From Centroscyllium fabricii (Eukaryota): a DNA stretch of 64,000 nucleotides. Shown in pieces: positions 1 to 12,899 of the stretch (positions are counted from its first letter, which is position 1; each line of letters opens with the position of its first letter). The translations under genes and the position numbers were made by a program. The notes below the pieces were generated by a model. The model made no database searches, had not been told where the DNA came from, and saw only the letters and a list, made by a program, of their open reading frames with translations. The stretch lies in the NCBI GenBank assembly GCA_051313645.2, contig JBNRSN020000008.1, positions 203,608,001-203,672,000 of the forward strand, given 5' to 3'.

Positions 1-482
1 GAAGAATGAAGTGAAAACTGCATTTATACAAGAATTCTCTGCAACAGTGCAAAAGAAATCTTCCAAGTTTTTCCAAATCCAAACACTGCACAAAGGGATT
101 CAAAAACATTCTAGCGAGACGATCAAACATTTTGACCTATGGTTTAGAACAATTAGAAACGGGAATCAATGCAGTCACAATAATGATCAAATTAATGTAG
201 AAATATGCTGCAAGGTTTGTGCAGTCAGAGGTAGCGTTAAGATAACTAACAGGACCAGGCAAGATAGACCAGAGTAAGGAGATCAAAGTGGAATCTACCA
301 AGAAGTGTGATGCATATTTAATAGTTGGAAAGGGCTGTTCTCTACACTATTTTTATTCATGCTGTAATTATAACAGATGGAATATTGAGTAGTCAAAGAC
401 AGCTTCACAAATCTCAATTATAAGTTAGTACCACATGAAGTAAAGATTAACTGAGCAAATCATGCCATCATCTTTTAAGTTC

Positions 483-1757
483 TTTTTTTATATTGAAAAT
501 TTTACTGCAATATTGATACAATTTTTCTTCAAACCAGTTAGATGATGCCAAACTTATTAGAAATATCCAATGATTATTGACACAAATGAGAGTTCACAGA
601 GGTAGCCTTTTGACTTGGGTTAGAAATTGGTTGGGAGGTCGGAGACAGAGTGGTGTTCCCCAGGAATCTGATCTTGGGCCTCGACTTTTCACCATATTTA
701 TTAATGACTTGGATGAAGAAATAGAGAGTTGTATATCCAAGTTTGCATAAGACACAAAATCAGGAGGCAAAGTAAGTAGTGCGGGTGGGAACAGGAGGTT
801 GCAATGGAACATAGACCGTTTGAGTGTGTGGGTGAAACTATGGCAGATGGAGTTCAATGAGGGCAAGTGCAAGATCATCCACTTTGGACCCAAGGAGGAT
901 AAATCAGGAGTATTTTGTAAATGAGGAGAAACTAGGAACTGCAGAGGAATAAGGAGATTTTGGGAGTCCAAGTACACAAGTGATTTCAAGCTTGCAGACA
1001 GGTGCAAAAAGCAATCAAAAAGGCTAGTAGAATGGCGGCCTTTATCTCAAGGGGGCTGGAATGCAAAGGGGGAGGTACTGGGCACCACACCGCAGGAAGG
1101 AGATATTGGCCGTGGAGGGGGGTGCAGTGCAGATTCACCAGAATGATACTGGGGCTTAGAGGGTTAAATCACAAGGACAGATTGCATAAATTTGGCTTGT
1201 ATTTCCTTGAGCAATGAAGTTTGAGGGATGATCTGACCGAGGTTCTTAAAATGTTAAAAAGATTCGATAGAATAAATTTCCTCTGGGGCGGGGAAAACAA
1301 GATCAAGGAGACAGAATCTTAAAATTAGAGCTAGGTTATTTAGGAGGGAAATCAAAAAGCAATTTTTCACACAATGGGTAGCAGAAATCTGGAAATCTCT
1401 CCCCCAAAAGTCTGTGGATGCTGGGACAATTTGAGCTTTCAAGACTATAATCAATAAGATTTTTGTTCGCTAAGGATATCAAGAGACATGGAGCTACGGT
1501 TGGTAATTGGAGTGGAGGTGCAGATCAGCCGTGATCTAATTGAATGGCGGAGCAAGCTCAAGGGAATGAATGTCCTCCTCCTGTTCCTAGGTTCCATTGT
1601 GGTCTGGGGCCAGACAGATGTCGGCTTTCTTCTCACTATCGGGCCTGACTGAGTGCAGAATTTAACTACATCAATATCATACAATTTCCTGACAGCCTGC
1701 GTGATCTGGTGCTTATTGGTCTTGATGTCAACAATGAAAACCAAAGTGGTGTTGTCC
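483..1757 (-). pseudogene. RPL23A: Processed RPL23A pseudogene (3' part), split by a CR1 insertion
   Basis: 1757-1594 reads [32 protein letters not shown]...(frameshift)...[17 protein letters not shown]. It resumes at 570-538 as LDISNKFGII*, followed by a short 3'UTR and an A-tract (~483-489). This matches the RPL23A C-terminus with no intron. Confidence 0.9.
574..1593 (+). mobile_element. CR1/HER1-type LINE, 5'-truncated and decayed
   Basis: Remnants of RT motifs (GVPQESDLGP, SKFA*DTK, WQMEFN..KC) and the typical 3' tail gatcagccgtgatctaattgaatggcggagc...ctcctgttccta. Confidence 0.85.
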
Positions 1758-2738
1758 GTAAGTTTTTAATGCTCTTAAACCAAGATAAGCCTGCCACTTA
1801 ACTGAGGCATCTTAGTAGAGTACAGTATAATATTACCGAGCAGTTAGTCTTCAAACAACTCTTTCAACAGTGCACACTGATTGAACTGGAGACTCAACCA
1901 TACTCAGCGACTCATTAGTCTTGTTAGGAGGCAAGCATGCCAACTCAGTTCAAACTAACCAAGCGATAAACCCATTATAAAGTGGGGCTAATTGAAATTG
2001 GAAACAAGCCAAAGATCCACTCACTATCACCTGCAGCTTTTGTAGTATGACTTTTATGTTAGATTTGAAAGTCTTAAAAGTTGTCGAGTCAAATTGTTAT
2101 ATATTTTCCTGAAATAGATAGAAAACTGGCAAAGTCCTGTGCAAGATACTACCTGAAACCAATGACTATTTTGAGCAATTATACTAGTTTGAGCAATAAA
2201 TACGAGCCATACTGGGTTAGCTGACTTCTGCCAGGATGGTGGTAGGGACAACTGGCCTCAGCACTTCTGTATTTGGGGATTTAAAAAAAAGCAAGGTTCC
2301 TGCTTCTGATCACTATCTGGTGATTCCTGCCAGAACTGCACGTGTGGACAGGATTGACCTGAGTTGTGATGCTCCCAAAGTGAAATAAACGGTAACGCCT
2401 CACTCACTACATGAATGGTGGTTATTTGGGCAAGGCACCAAAAGGCAACTAGCATCTGGAATAATACCCCCGGAAGGAGTCAATGCTTTCAGGAGAGGCG
2501 GGGGAGAAAATGAGTAAAGAGAACAAAAATGTAGATATTACCTCAAAAATGTGTTACAAGTAAGCTTACAAATTTCAAAAGACAACTGCATGTGTTTCAT
2601 GCCACTACAAATAGGAAATGTAGGAAAAGAGCAGAAAGTTGGTCAGCTTCCGAGAAAGAAAGAAAAGTTAATGCTTTGGGTGTGCACCTGCATCAGAACT
2701 AGAGACTTGCAACAATTAGTTTTCTTTTTTAATTTAAT

Positions 2739-3200
2739 GTCAGCCGTGGTTCAGTGGGTAGCACCCTCACCTCTGAATCAGAAGGTTGTGGGTTCAAGTC
2801 CCGCCCCAGGGACTTGAGCACAAAAATCGAGGCTGACACTCCAGTGCAGTGATGAGGGAGCGCTGCACTGTCGGAGGTGGTGTCTTTCGGATGAGATATT
2901 AAACCGAGGCCCTGTCTGCTCTCAGCTGGACGTAAAAGATCCCATGGCACTATTTTTCGAGAAGAGCAGGGGAGTTATCCCCAGTGTCCTGGCCAATATT
3001 TGTGTCTTAATCAACATCACTAAAACAGATGATCTGGTCATTATCACATTGCAGTTTGTGGGAGCTTGCTGTGCGCAAATTGGCTGCCACATTTCCTACA
3101 TTATAACAGTGACATTTCAAAAAGTACTTCATTGGCTGTAAAGCGCTTTGGGACGTCCGGTGGTCATGAAAGGCGCTATAGAAGTGCAAGTCTTTCTTAC
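2739..3200 (+). mobile_element. tRNA-derived DeuSINE (SacSINE1-like), full length
   Basis: A/B-box head (gtggttcagtgggtagc...ggttcaagtcc), Deu core (tgtctttcggatgag...taaaccgaggccctgtctg...taaaagatcccatggcact) and L2-like tail (gtaaagcgctttgggacgtcc...gaaaggcgctatagaa). Confidence 0.8.
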
Positions 3201-6200
3201 TTTCTTAATTGTTAAGTATTAACACATTTTGGACATTACAAATATAGGGTGGGACCTGAAGGGTCTTTTTAGATTCACAAGTACCAGGATCAAATCCAAG
3301 AAACATGTTAGTTACCTTTGGTTGAACTGCTATGGCAACCAATTCTGACCTTTATTAAATCTGGAAAAAAAATGTAAAGTAAAGAACTTCCAGTTTTTTT
3401 ATAGTGCCTTTCACAACCTCAGATCGTCCTGAAGTGCTTTACAACCAATAAAGTACTTCTGAAGTATAGTCACTGTTGCAATGTAAACCCATAATTTACT
3501 AAATGTTATACACTAGCATGAAACTTTAAAACCCTGGGAAATTCCAAACCCAACAGACCCAAATAATCCACTCGCTGACAATCTATTAATTTGGGCAAAA
3601 TTCTGTGTGCACCATGTTCAGTCATATTCAGAAACCATATTGGTCACAGCACAGGAGTGAGCTTTGCAGCCAATAGTGAATTGAAATTCATTGTATTATA
3701 AAGACTGAATTATACACAGCTCTGGATTGAAGCAGACCGATTGTACATCATACCCCATGAGAGTGCTGAATTTGTATTCCGTTTGTTGTTCTGATATGGC
3801 AACGTTCCCAGCTCTCAGGATAGCAAATTATCAGAGACAAATTGTTTCTGAACACTTGCTGTGATGTTAAACCCTACCACAAGGTTCTCCGATAATGTGA
3901 AACGTAGAACAAGTTGACGTTAGGTCGCACTGCCCAAGGGAGTATTCAGTACAGACACATTCCACAATTTCCACTTGGCTCTTGCTAGCCATAGAATTGC
4001 AGGAAAGGAGAATTAATGCCCCATGTATGAACAATTACCTGCTGCATGACCTGAAACAGTCCAAGTCAAACAGAAAAACTTCGACCAAGATATCCTGTTC
4101 ACAAAACAGTTAACGCTGCTGCTTTGACAACTTATGATTTGAAGTCTCACATTGTCCAAGATTCTAATCCCTCAGCCAGTTGTTTTCTGTGGTGGAGAGC
4201 TGATTCAACCCCTTGTAAGCAACTTAGAATGAGCAAACAACCATCCACCCAGCGAGGGTACCAAAATATCAAGATCTGAGTTACCAGTTGGAAATATTAA
4301 ACCTTATTTGGCAATGTGATAGAGCACCAACATACTGCACTATAAACTGGTTCATGTTCTGAAGATTTCCACGTGCTGAATTCCTGATATTAGCCAAATG
4401 ATCAGTCCCTCGGTGTTGCAATCAACCTAGATTATATGCCTAAATCTCTGCAGTGGAGTTTTAACCCACAACCTTCTGACTCGGAGGGGAGTGGACTACC
4501 ACTGGAGCTTCTTAGTGAATTCAGCATTTCACTCAAGGACAAGTAATGCAGCTGCATCTATTTTAGACGGCATGCACAGTGCAGCTGGGACACACGAAAA
4601 AAGTCTGTTCAACCCATCAAGCTTACTCCCTCCACAGGAGATGCACAAGTTGCCTCAGCTTAGACTTGAACCTGATCACTAAACCCTGTGAAGGAGACAA
4701 CCAATCACAAGATAAAGCGGTTGTGAAATTTCTCCCAGACACCAAAAAGGTTAATTAAACAAATTACAGGCCATGAATTCAACCTTACAATTTGTGCTAT
4801 TTAACTGGTCAGTTGCATTCTTTAGATGACTTAGGTCCTTGAAGCTCAAGAGTTACCGTATTCCCTAAAGAATTATCCATTAATCCTTATTACCAACAAT
4901 ACTTATCCAGCTATTTTCCGCAGGGGAAAAACTGTTAAGTTGCTAATTTTATATTTATGGCCTCCAGCTTAATTTTATAATGTAGCAACTCCGCATCAAA
5001 ATACAGAGTGCAAAAATGAACACAGTGTTCCAAACATGACTTTACCCATCTGTATAATGTTAGAACAAGTTTGGACCTGTGGTCAAATCCTTCAATATTC
5101 AACTCGCTATTCAATTAGCACTGTTAAAAGTATTGATGCTGCTTTCAATAAATCCTTTTCCGCCTTTATCAAAAGTGCACCCATGATTATGTACCGTTTG
5201 TTTGAGTTGTTTTAACCCATTTCATTGTGCATTACTTAACATCCGTCCATATAAAAATCTCAGTCCTTTAGCCTATCTACTTAACGGATGTAGAACCATG
5301 TGAGTATCAATAACTTATCCTCTCATCACCTACCCAAGTAGTTTGGGGTCATGAGCAAAATTTATATTAGAAGTAATGCCCTCTTCCAGATCTCTTCGCA
5401 TCAAATTTCACAAGTCACTACCCTCCCAGGCAAAGCCTTTTCTAGAAATATATGAAACTACAGGGCCAGAAAAGACTATGCAATCCATATGGCCAGTTCC
5501 AAAAACTATCGCGAAATCACCCACTCCATCAAATACTTCAATTTTCCACGCTATCTGTTTGCACTGTTTCCTGGACAGTCTGTTCCACATATTCACCACT
5601 CTCTCCATAAAGTAGTTATCTCCAAGCTATCCATACAGAGTCCCTCTTCCAAGGTCAAGCTAGGTCCTGGAATTTGTGGCAATCTCGAACATATTTATTT
5701 ATTCCCTTAAGGATTTTAAGTATCATCTCCGCAGAGCCTTTGCTTCTCCAGAATAACAATCCCAGACTCTTAAACCTCTTCTACTCATGCCATTAATTAC
5801 AAAAGACTCAAAACTTCATCAAACATCTACTGAATGTCCAAATGAACTATATCCACAATTGTTCCCCAATTGAGTTTAATTCTTTTAGCAGGCACAGCAA
5901 ACAGACCATGATGCAAGACTAATTGCCTAGTCTTTAGGGCACCTGCACCCTTCAGATGAATATCCTGTAAAATATTGGGGAATTGTCCTTACTTAAAGAT
6001 ATTAGACTGACTGACCTATATTTCTCTATTAACTCGCACCTTTTTTAAGGATAAAATGTAGCATCCGACAGTCCCATACGGCTGTTATTGAAGCTCTGAA
6101 TAAGTTTTAAGCAGATGTAACCAACCTCTTCTCGCTCATTTCTATGAGAATTGTAGAGAATTATCCTTCTGCTCAATTGTAATAGACATTTAGAGTGGAT

Positions 6201-8018
6201 AGTTATTTTATAGTGAATGCTTTACTTTACCTCTGCTGATGTGACCTCTGCACACTTTAGAGTCCTGATGAAATAATAATCTGAAATCTGTCCATCATAT
6301 CGTTTTGAGAAGAAGTTAAAACATCTAAATAAAAGTTCTTGCAATCCAGATTCATTAGACTTATGATTTATATAAGAACTTTGCAGAACAGAGACTAATT
6401 CTTGAGCAAACAGGATCAGTTTTTTGACAAGGTTCTCTGCACAATAGCTTTGAGATTATTATTTTCAGCACCATCTCAGTTTTAGATTTTGCTCCCTTTC
6501 TTTAAATCCGTCCTTTCCCCCTCACTTTTACTGGATGTAATACACCATTCCTTCATCAAGAATGCAAGCATGCAAAATTCTCTCACACCGTGGCTAATGT
6601 AGCTGGCCCTCCGAGGTACGTAACAACCACCTTGGATGACTTACGTGCTAATATACCTCGACTATGGAAACACTTCACTTCAGGAGTGAAATCAGTAACA
6701 AGTTTTTGTTTTAAATCACACAATAATTTGGCACAAAAAGAGCACTAAGCTTACCAAAATAATCTAATAAAATATTTAAAGAATCCATGAAATAATTAAG
6801 TTCAAATAATACAAGGGAGCAGAGGGTATAGATCCAGGAGATTCTCCCGTAACTTTCAGATCCCTTGACAAAGACGACTGGGATACTGTGTTTAAAGGCC
6901 GTGGAATAGTTTCAGAAAATACAGTAAGGTGGTTTATAAACCTGTTATCTAACACTTGGTACTGAGCTCTCATCCTGTGTATTTATATTTATTTCCTTAA
7001 TGATTTGAGAATTACCACTGGGGAAACTGAAGATTAATTATAGCTGACTGATTATTAAAAGTTCCAAAATGCTAAGTACTACAATTAAGACCTCAAAAGA
7101 TACACCAGAAGACAGCAGGTCTCGGGTGAATAAATCATCTCACTGCGCTCAAGGCAGACAGCTTCCCACCTGCATTGCCAAACTAAGGTTACTCCCATAC
7201 ACGGCCCCATTTACCAAAAAGAGATGGTCTCCTGGGGTATTTTAAACAAAACTACATGGTTAAGAGTCTCAGCAGCACAATCTCAATCCCTTCTACTCTG
7301 TACTTACACAGAGCAACCTGCTATATTTCAGATAACACAACAGAAATGGCCTCAAATTCCACTTCTCATCGCCTCTCCACACTCATCCCCTAACTAAATC
7401 AACCACTGTGGCCAAGTCCTGGCGGTCGCCTCCTGACTCAAGCTTTTAAGTTCTCTTTTGCCAATCTTTAGGTGGTCAAATATTCATCTCTCTTAATTAG
7501 CCAAGGTGAAGGATGAATCTAAATGAGGATATTATAATATGGTTTTAATGCAACAATATGAAAAAGCAGGATTACTAATTATCTAGAGACACTAACACAA
7601 TCAGAGAAAATTGAAAATTAATTTTACTGTGCAACTAAACACAACGGACTGCATGTAATTACAATCAGGGACATTTAGTGTTCATTCAGAATTGGCTCCA
7701 ATGTGACAATGAGCATTAAACAGTCTCCTAGCAGACAAACTACAGTGGTGCAAACATCAGCATTGCCACCAGTTTTGCGAGTCTGTTTCAATAACAATCA
7801 GTGGCTGGGGATCGCTAAATGCTGCTTAAGTTCAGAAAACCTCATTAACCTCTGGAAAGCAAATAACTGAACGGCCTCCTTCTTCCCCAGTCCCACACAG
7901 GTATGCAATGTGCAAAAGGAGCCAAAACCTTTGCTATCACAAGTCGCTCTGTTCAAGCAGCAGCTCACACCATTTCTAGCACACAATGTAAGAAGAGAAA
8001 GTAGAAATTAAACTCTAC

Positions 8019-8088
8019 CTTTCCTTTCTGACCGCTTCTTCCGACGCCTTTTGAACTTGCGTCTGACCAGATGAATAAAGGTGCCCAT
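8019..8088 (-). CDS. Candidate first coding exon of an unidentified host gene (MGTFIHLVRRKFKRRRKKRSERK, phase 1)
   Basis: ATG in strong Kozak context (aacATGG), 23 codons plus 1 nt, then AAG|GTAGAG donor. It lies in non-repetitive sequence retaining CpGs. Confidence 0.5.
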
Positions 8089-8609
8089 GTTGAGTGTCGC
8101 AGCCAGCAGCGAAGCCATACAGCACTGAGCTGGCTGTGCAGCTTGAACAGGTCAGTGGCGCGCTAAATCTCTCCGTCTGACTTAAAGTATATTAATACAG
8201 CAATTCATTTAAGCTATCACGCGCCTGCAGAGGTGACAGTTAACCCTGCGCTGGCTTTTTCCACAGTTCCAGCTTCATCATACTAAGGGATAGTCAGCAA
8301 CTGCACTCTCCCTCTATCCAAAACCAGCTCGGCTACAAATAAAAGGGGAATTCACCTTCAAACACAGTGCTACATATTTTAAAACCTCTCGAGAAAGAGC
8401 GGTACAATTAAAAGCAGCTGGGCTTAGTTATTTTACAAGCCCCCCCACCCCGTAATAAAAATTACACACACAGATCAATGCTTGGATCCAATCATAATTG
8501 CTTTTTTCTTATGACACCATGTGCACAACCTCCTGTGTGCTTTACAGCACAAACTGCCTGCAGACGGATGGTTCAAGTGATGTAAACTAGCTTGTATATA
8601 TGTGTGTGA

Positions 8610-8860
8610 ACTCAAATCGGGAATTCAGAAGGAACTTCTTTACCCAGACAGTGGTGAGAATGTGGAACTCGCTACCACAGGGAGTGGTTGAAGTGAATAG
8701 TATAGATGCATTTAAGAGGAGGCTAGATAAGCGTATGAGGGAGAAGGGAATAGAGGGTTATGCTGATAGATTTAGATGAGGAAAGACAGGAGGAGGCTCG
8801 AGTGGAGCATAAACACCGGCACGGACTGGTTAGGTTTCTGTGCCGTATATCCTATGTAAC
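8610..8860 (+). mobile_element. CR1 3' fragment
   Basis: FFTQTVVRMWNSLP motif and tail ending ctgtgccgtatatcctatgtaa. Confidence 0.8.
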
Positions 8861-9507
8861 ATCCAAACACATACCACTAACCAGTTGGAATCCTAGTTGC
8901 TAGAGTTACAATAGGAAGAATATTACACCTGAGCTAATTACTGTAACATCTTTAGTAATATACTTACACATTATAGCCTCAGCCATTCACCTTTCAAAAG
9001 GAGTTAGGACAAACATCTTTAGCATTCATTAGGAGCATTTTCAGTCACATGCCAGAATGCAGCACAACCAGGATCGTTATTTAAATGGAATTTTTTCAAA
9101 TTCACACTACAATTCAGGAGCAGCTTCCCGATTTAGCTACTTTATCATATTGACTCAGATTTTCCAACAGCCAGGAGTAAAGCAATTTTTTTAAATTAAA
9201 AGCTGCTTCTGACACCCTACCATGAGCACTAATTGTAAAGTCTAGTGAAAAGTACTTCAGTTACTGTACATCTGCTTTTTATTCAAAATATGGTTTCTAC
9301 AGCCAAAACAAACACACAAGGTTGTTCAAAAGTAAACACACATCACAGAAATCATGATTAAATCAAAATGTTACAATGAACATTTTACACTCTATTTTAA
9401 CAGCTGTCAGAATCTGCTTTAATCATTGCTTCACTCTTGGCCCAAAAGTTAACTTTCAATTAATACTCTCGTTAGTTCCCAGCTTTTTGCTTCGATCTAA
9501 ACTGCTA

Positions 9508-9780
9508 CAGGTTGAGCACCGTTAATCCGTGTCCCGAATAGCCGGCAGCTTCAGTCTGCCGGCACAAATTGCCCCGACTGCACTGCGCATGCGCAAAATG
9601 GCAGACCCCGTCGTGGCTTCAGCGCATGCGCAGATCATTCAAAACAGCCAATGCTGCGCGCATGCGCGTGGCCATTTTGACGGGCGCGCATGCGCAGTGT
9701 CCAAACTCGTTCTCCCGTTTTTTTCCATTTCCCGGCACGGGCCTGGTCCCGCCCGTGCCCGATTAACGGTGCTCAACCTG
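9508..9780. mobile_element. Tc1/mariner(pogo)-type MITE, family A copy 1
   Basis: TIR caggttgagcaccgttaatc / gattaacggtgctcaacctg with TA on both sides; CpG-rich interior. Confidence 0.85.
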
Positions 9781-10257
9781 TACATGTTTTACAACGTGCC
9801 CAACTTTCTATATATCTTTTTTAAATCGAGTAATTTTCCTCCTCTTCCCATATGGCCTTCTCTGAATGCAGCGGATGGTCCTATTCACTTACCTTCCGTT
9901 GGTTCCGTACTCTCCTCTACATTTTGTTCATCATCACGTGCAATTTCCAACCTCTGGGGGCTCGGCACAACTGTGGAAGGTCCAAGCTTAAAAATGGGTT
10001 AGGTCCCAAGAGCTCAAGTTGGCACTCTTGACTTATTTTCTTGACTTTGAAATGAGAAAGTAAATTTAACAAATATCTGACCTTCTATTACCAGGTGACC
10101 TTCTCAATTACAACCAGCTCCCTGAATAGCTCCTCGAACTTGGTCTCTAACATGGCTGTTACTTTGGAGCCTGACTTGACGCAGATGACTAGGAATAATA
10201 CAGTAGACATTGGATACTATCTTCAACATCCAAAACTGCACCAAAATGAGGGGAAAA

Positions 10258-10692
10258 TTATAGAATTATAAAATCTTAGAGGCCATTTGGCCCGTCATGC
10301 CTGTGCAGGCTCTTTGAAAGAGCTGTCCAATTTAGTCCCACACCCCAGCTATTTTTCCATAACCCTGTAAATTAGTCCTCTTCAAAATACATGTCCAATT
10401 GTCTTTTGAAAGTTCCTGTGGAATATGCTTCCACCACCCTTTCAGGTGTGTTCCAGATCTAAACAACCCTCTGTGTGAAAACATTTCTTTTCATTGCCCC
10501 TCTAGTTCTTTTGCCAATTATGTTAAATCTACAACCTCTGGTTACTGACCCACTTGCCAGAGGAAACGGTTTCTCCCTACTTGCTCTGTCAAAACCCCAT
10601 ATAATTTTGAATACCTCTATTAGGTCTCCCCTTAACTTTCTCTGCTCTAATGAGAACAATCCCAGCTTCTCCAATCTCTCCACATAACTGAA
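10258..10692 (-). mobile_element. CR1 3' fragment
   Basis: ERLEKLGLFSLEQRKLRGDLIEVFKI...FTQRVV (CR1 ORF2 C-terminus). Confidence 0.85.
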
Positions 10693-10754
10693 GAGAATCT
10701 TCAAGAAATCTTGAGATCGGATGTCCATAAATCTTATTTTCAATAAAAATATTA

Positions 10755-11836
10755 GACCAGTGTTTGTGCAAGCTATAGTTCAGACGTCCACCAAAAGGAC
10801 TATTTGAGAAATGGAACCCAGACAGTGGTTTCCAAAATGGAGTGATTAGCATTTACTGGAAAATCTTGAACCTTTCTGGCTATGTGCAGACCATTTTTAT
10901 TAGGACCCTCAAACTTGAACTTTGCAATCTCCTTCAAGGTAAAGCACCCGTAAAGTATGTGGAGAAGGATTTATTTTGGCTGCCCTGTAAAAGATCCTCT
11001 ATCACCCTATCCAGATGAGAGTGGAAAAGCTATTTGCATTAGAAAGCTGATGCTTGGTAGGAACATCTTACCAAAGGAACTGTAGACTGGGTTGAAGATA
11101 TATGCAAGAAGTCACACAACACCAGGTTATAGTCCAACAGTTTTATTTTAAATCACAAGCTTTCGGAGCGTCTGCTCCTTCCTCAGGTGAAAGAGTGTTT
11201 CACCTGAGGAAGGAGCAGACGCTCCAAAAGCTTGTGATTTAAAATAAAACTGTTGGACTATAACCTGGTGTTGTGTGACTTCTTGCATTTGTCCACCCCA
11301 GTCCAACACCGGCACCTCCACATCTTGAAGATATATGGCAGTTTAGAGGGATTCTATTAAGTACACAACATCTGGATGAACAAGAACGGTCAGTTAACAT
11401 TCTAGGGAATGAAGTAGATTGTTCCATTATTCGGATCAACCCAAAGGAAATCTCGTTTCATGCAACAGTAGTGACCATCACGCCCACATCTAGGGGATCC
11501 ATTTTGAAGCAATTCATACAGTTTAGTAAGAGTGCCATCCAAGAGATGCTGACAGAACCCAAAAGGCAAGCTCAGCATTGCAAACAAAAAGACAAAAAAT
11601 TTAACTCAAGATATAAAATGCTGTGGTCATCTCCGCCCGGATTTACAGTAGTAAAACAGGGTCTTGTTACCAATGTCACATTTGTGAATCGGAGTATATG
11701 GTGATGAAGGCAGACTCGAGATGGAAAGTTTACATAATCAGAATGGGCAAGGTTTGACCATCAAGTGGAGTCTTTTATACCAGGCTAAAGTGTGGTAATT
11801 GGTCCCTGGAGGTCAGAACATTTATACAGACACCTA
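10755..11836 (+). pseudogene. Decayed ~280-codon reading frame; candidate endogenous viral element from a phenui-like bunyavirus L gene
   Basis: One frame with no frameshifts once the Penelope insert is removed, with ~8 stops. Motifs KDLFWLPCKR..EW..AW, QFRGILL..HLD..RSVNILG, SIIRIN, SILKQ, NSRYKML and RQTRDGKF..EW resemble the phlebovirus L C-terminal region (recalled, not searched). Confidence 0.4.
11105..11324. mobile_element. Penelope-like inverted pseudo-LTR pair with minimal hammerhead ribozymes
   Basis: ~90-bp near-perfect inverted repeat (11102-11192 / 11198-11288); core cacCTGAGGAaggagcagacgctccGAAAgcttgtg; 13-bp TSD ttgaagatatatg (11092-11104, 11325-11337). Confidence 0.8.
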
Positions 11837-12145
11837 CATAGGAACAGGAGTAGATATTCAGACCCTCGAGCCTGTTCCACGATTCAATTAAATCATGGCT
11901 GGTGAAGTGCATTTACCTGCCTTTGCTCCATATCCCTTAATACCCTTACCCAACAAAAATCTATCGAGCTCAGTTTTGAATTTTTGGATCGACTCCCACC
12001 TCAAAAGCTTTTTCAGAGGTTCCAGGTTTCTACTACCCTTTATGTGAAGAAGTGCATCCTGACATCACCCCTGAACGGCCCGGCTCTAATTTTAAGATTG
12101 CGCCCCTTTGTTCTGGAAGCAAAATCTTTCCTATTGTTCCATCAA
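11836..12145 (-). mobile_element. CR1 3' fragment
   Basis: Reverse-complement tail (cataggaacaggagtag...ttcagaccctcgagcctg) and an FFT/WKPL remnant. Confidence 0.75.
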
Positions 12146-12899
12146 CCTTAAATTACATAAAACTAACAAACAGGGAGATTTACATTTTATTGCAGCTTCT
12201 TCCCAGTTACAACCCTGTGTGTTAAGAATTCCACAAAGAACACAAACACAGCAGACGCGAAGAAACCTAAAACACTTAGTACCTGCTGCATGACCCCAGC
12301 TGTAGGGGCTGCTGATAACAGTCATTAGCACTCACCAATTAAAATACTGTATTTCCTAAAGAAAGCCTCTCTTTTAAAAGAAAACCAGTCAGACAGGTCA
12401 AAGAATATCAAACACAATGACACAATAAACATTGTGATATTGTTTTATTCCAAAGCACTTGCAATGAAAAGCCTGACAGTACAGCTAAAGAGTGTTCTGT
12501 AATTGCCTGAATTTGTATGCCTTCAAATGTGGAATCTGAAAACAGTACATTCGTTGATTCGTTGCACAATCATTTATTCCGAGAATAATGCTCTCGAGAA
12601 TCAGCCCAAACAGTGATCAAAACAGATTGCAGTGTCATAGCTCCTGGAATGTGCAGAAGCGACATACATAAGAATTGCCTTTAATTAACAGGAACTGTAT
12701 TATGTTTCAGTGAATAATCCCTTAACTGAAATATACTGTGTATGAAATCTATCAATATGTGGTGTGTATACATCTCAATATTCATGATTCAGAGAGAGTG
12801 TGAGACCATGCCAATCTCACCCTACAGGCTGGTTCTACTACAGATGGATTACAACACACCCTGCCTGTAATTCAGTGTCAATCCAATGATAATTAATCA

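Noticed and set aside
6231-6324. Possible 94-bp minus-strand exon (tttag|...|gtaaag)
   Set aside because: Splicing from the 8019 exon hits a stop, and the open frame resembles nothing I recognise.
10850-11410. Influenza PB2 similarity (SGYVQTIF, FRGILL)
   Set aside because: Motif spacing is inconsistent with PB2; the bunyavirus L alignment is more collinear.
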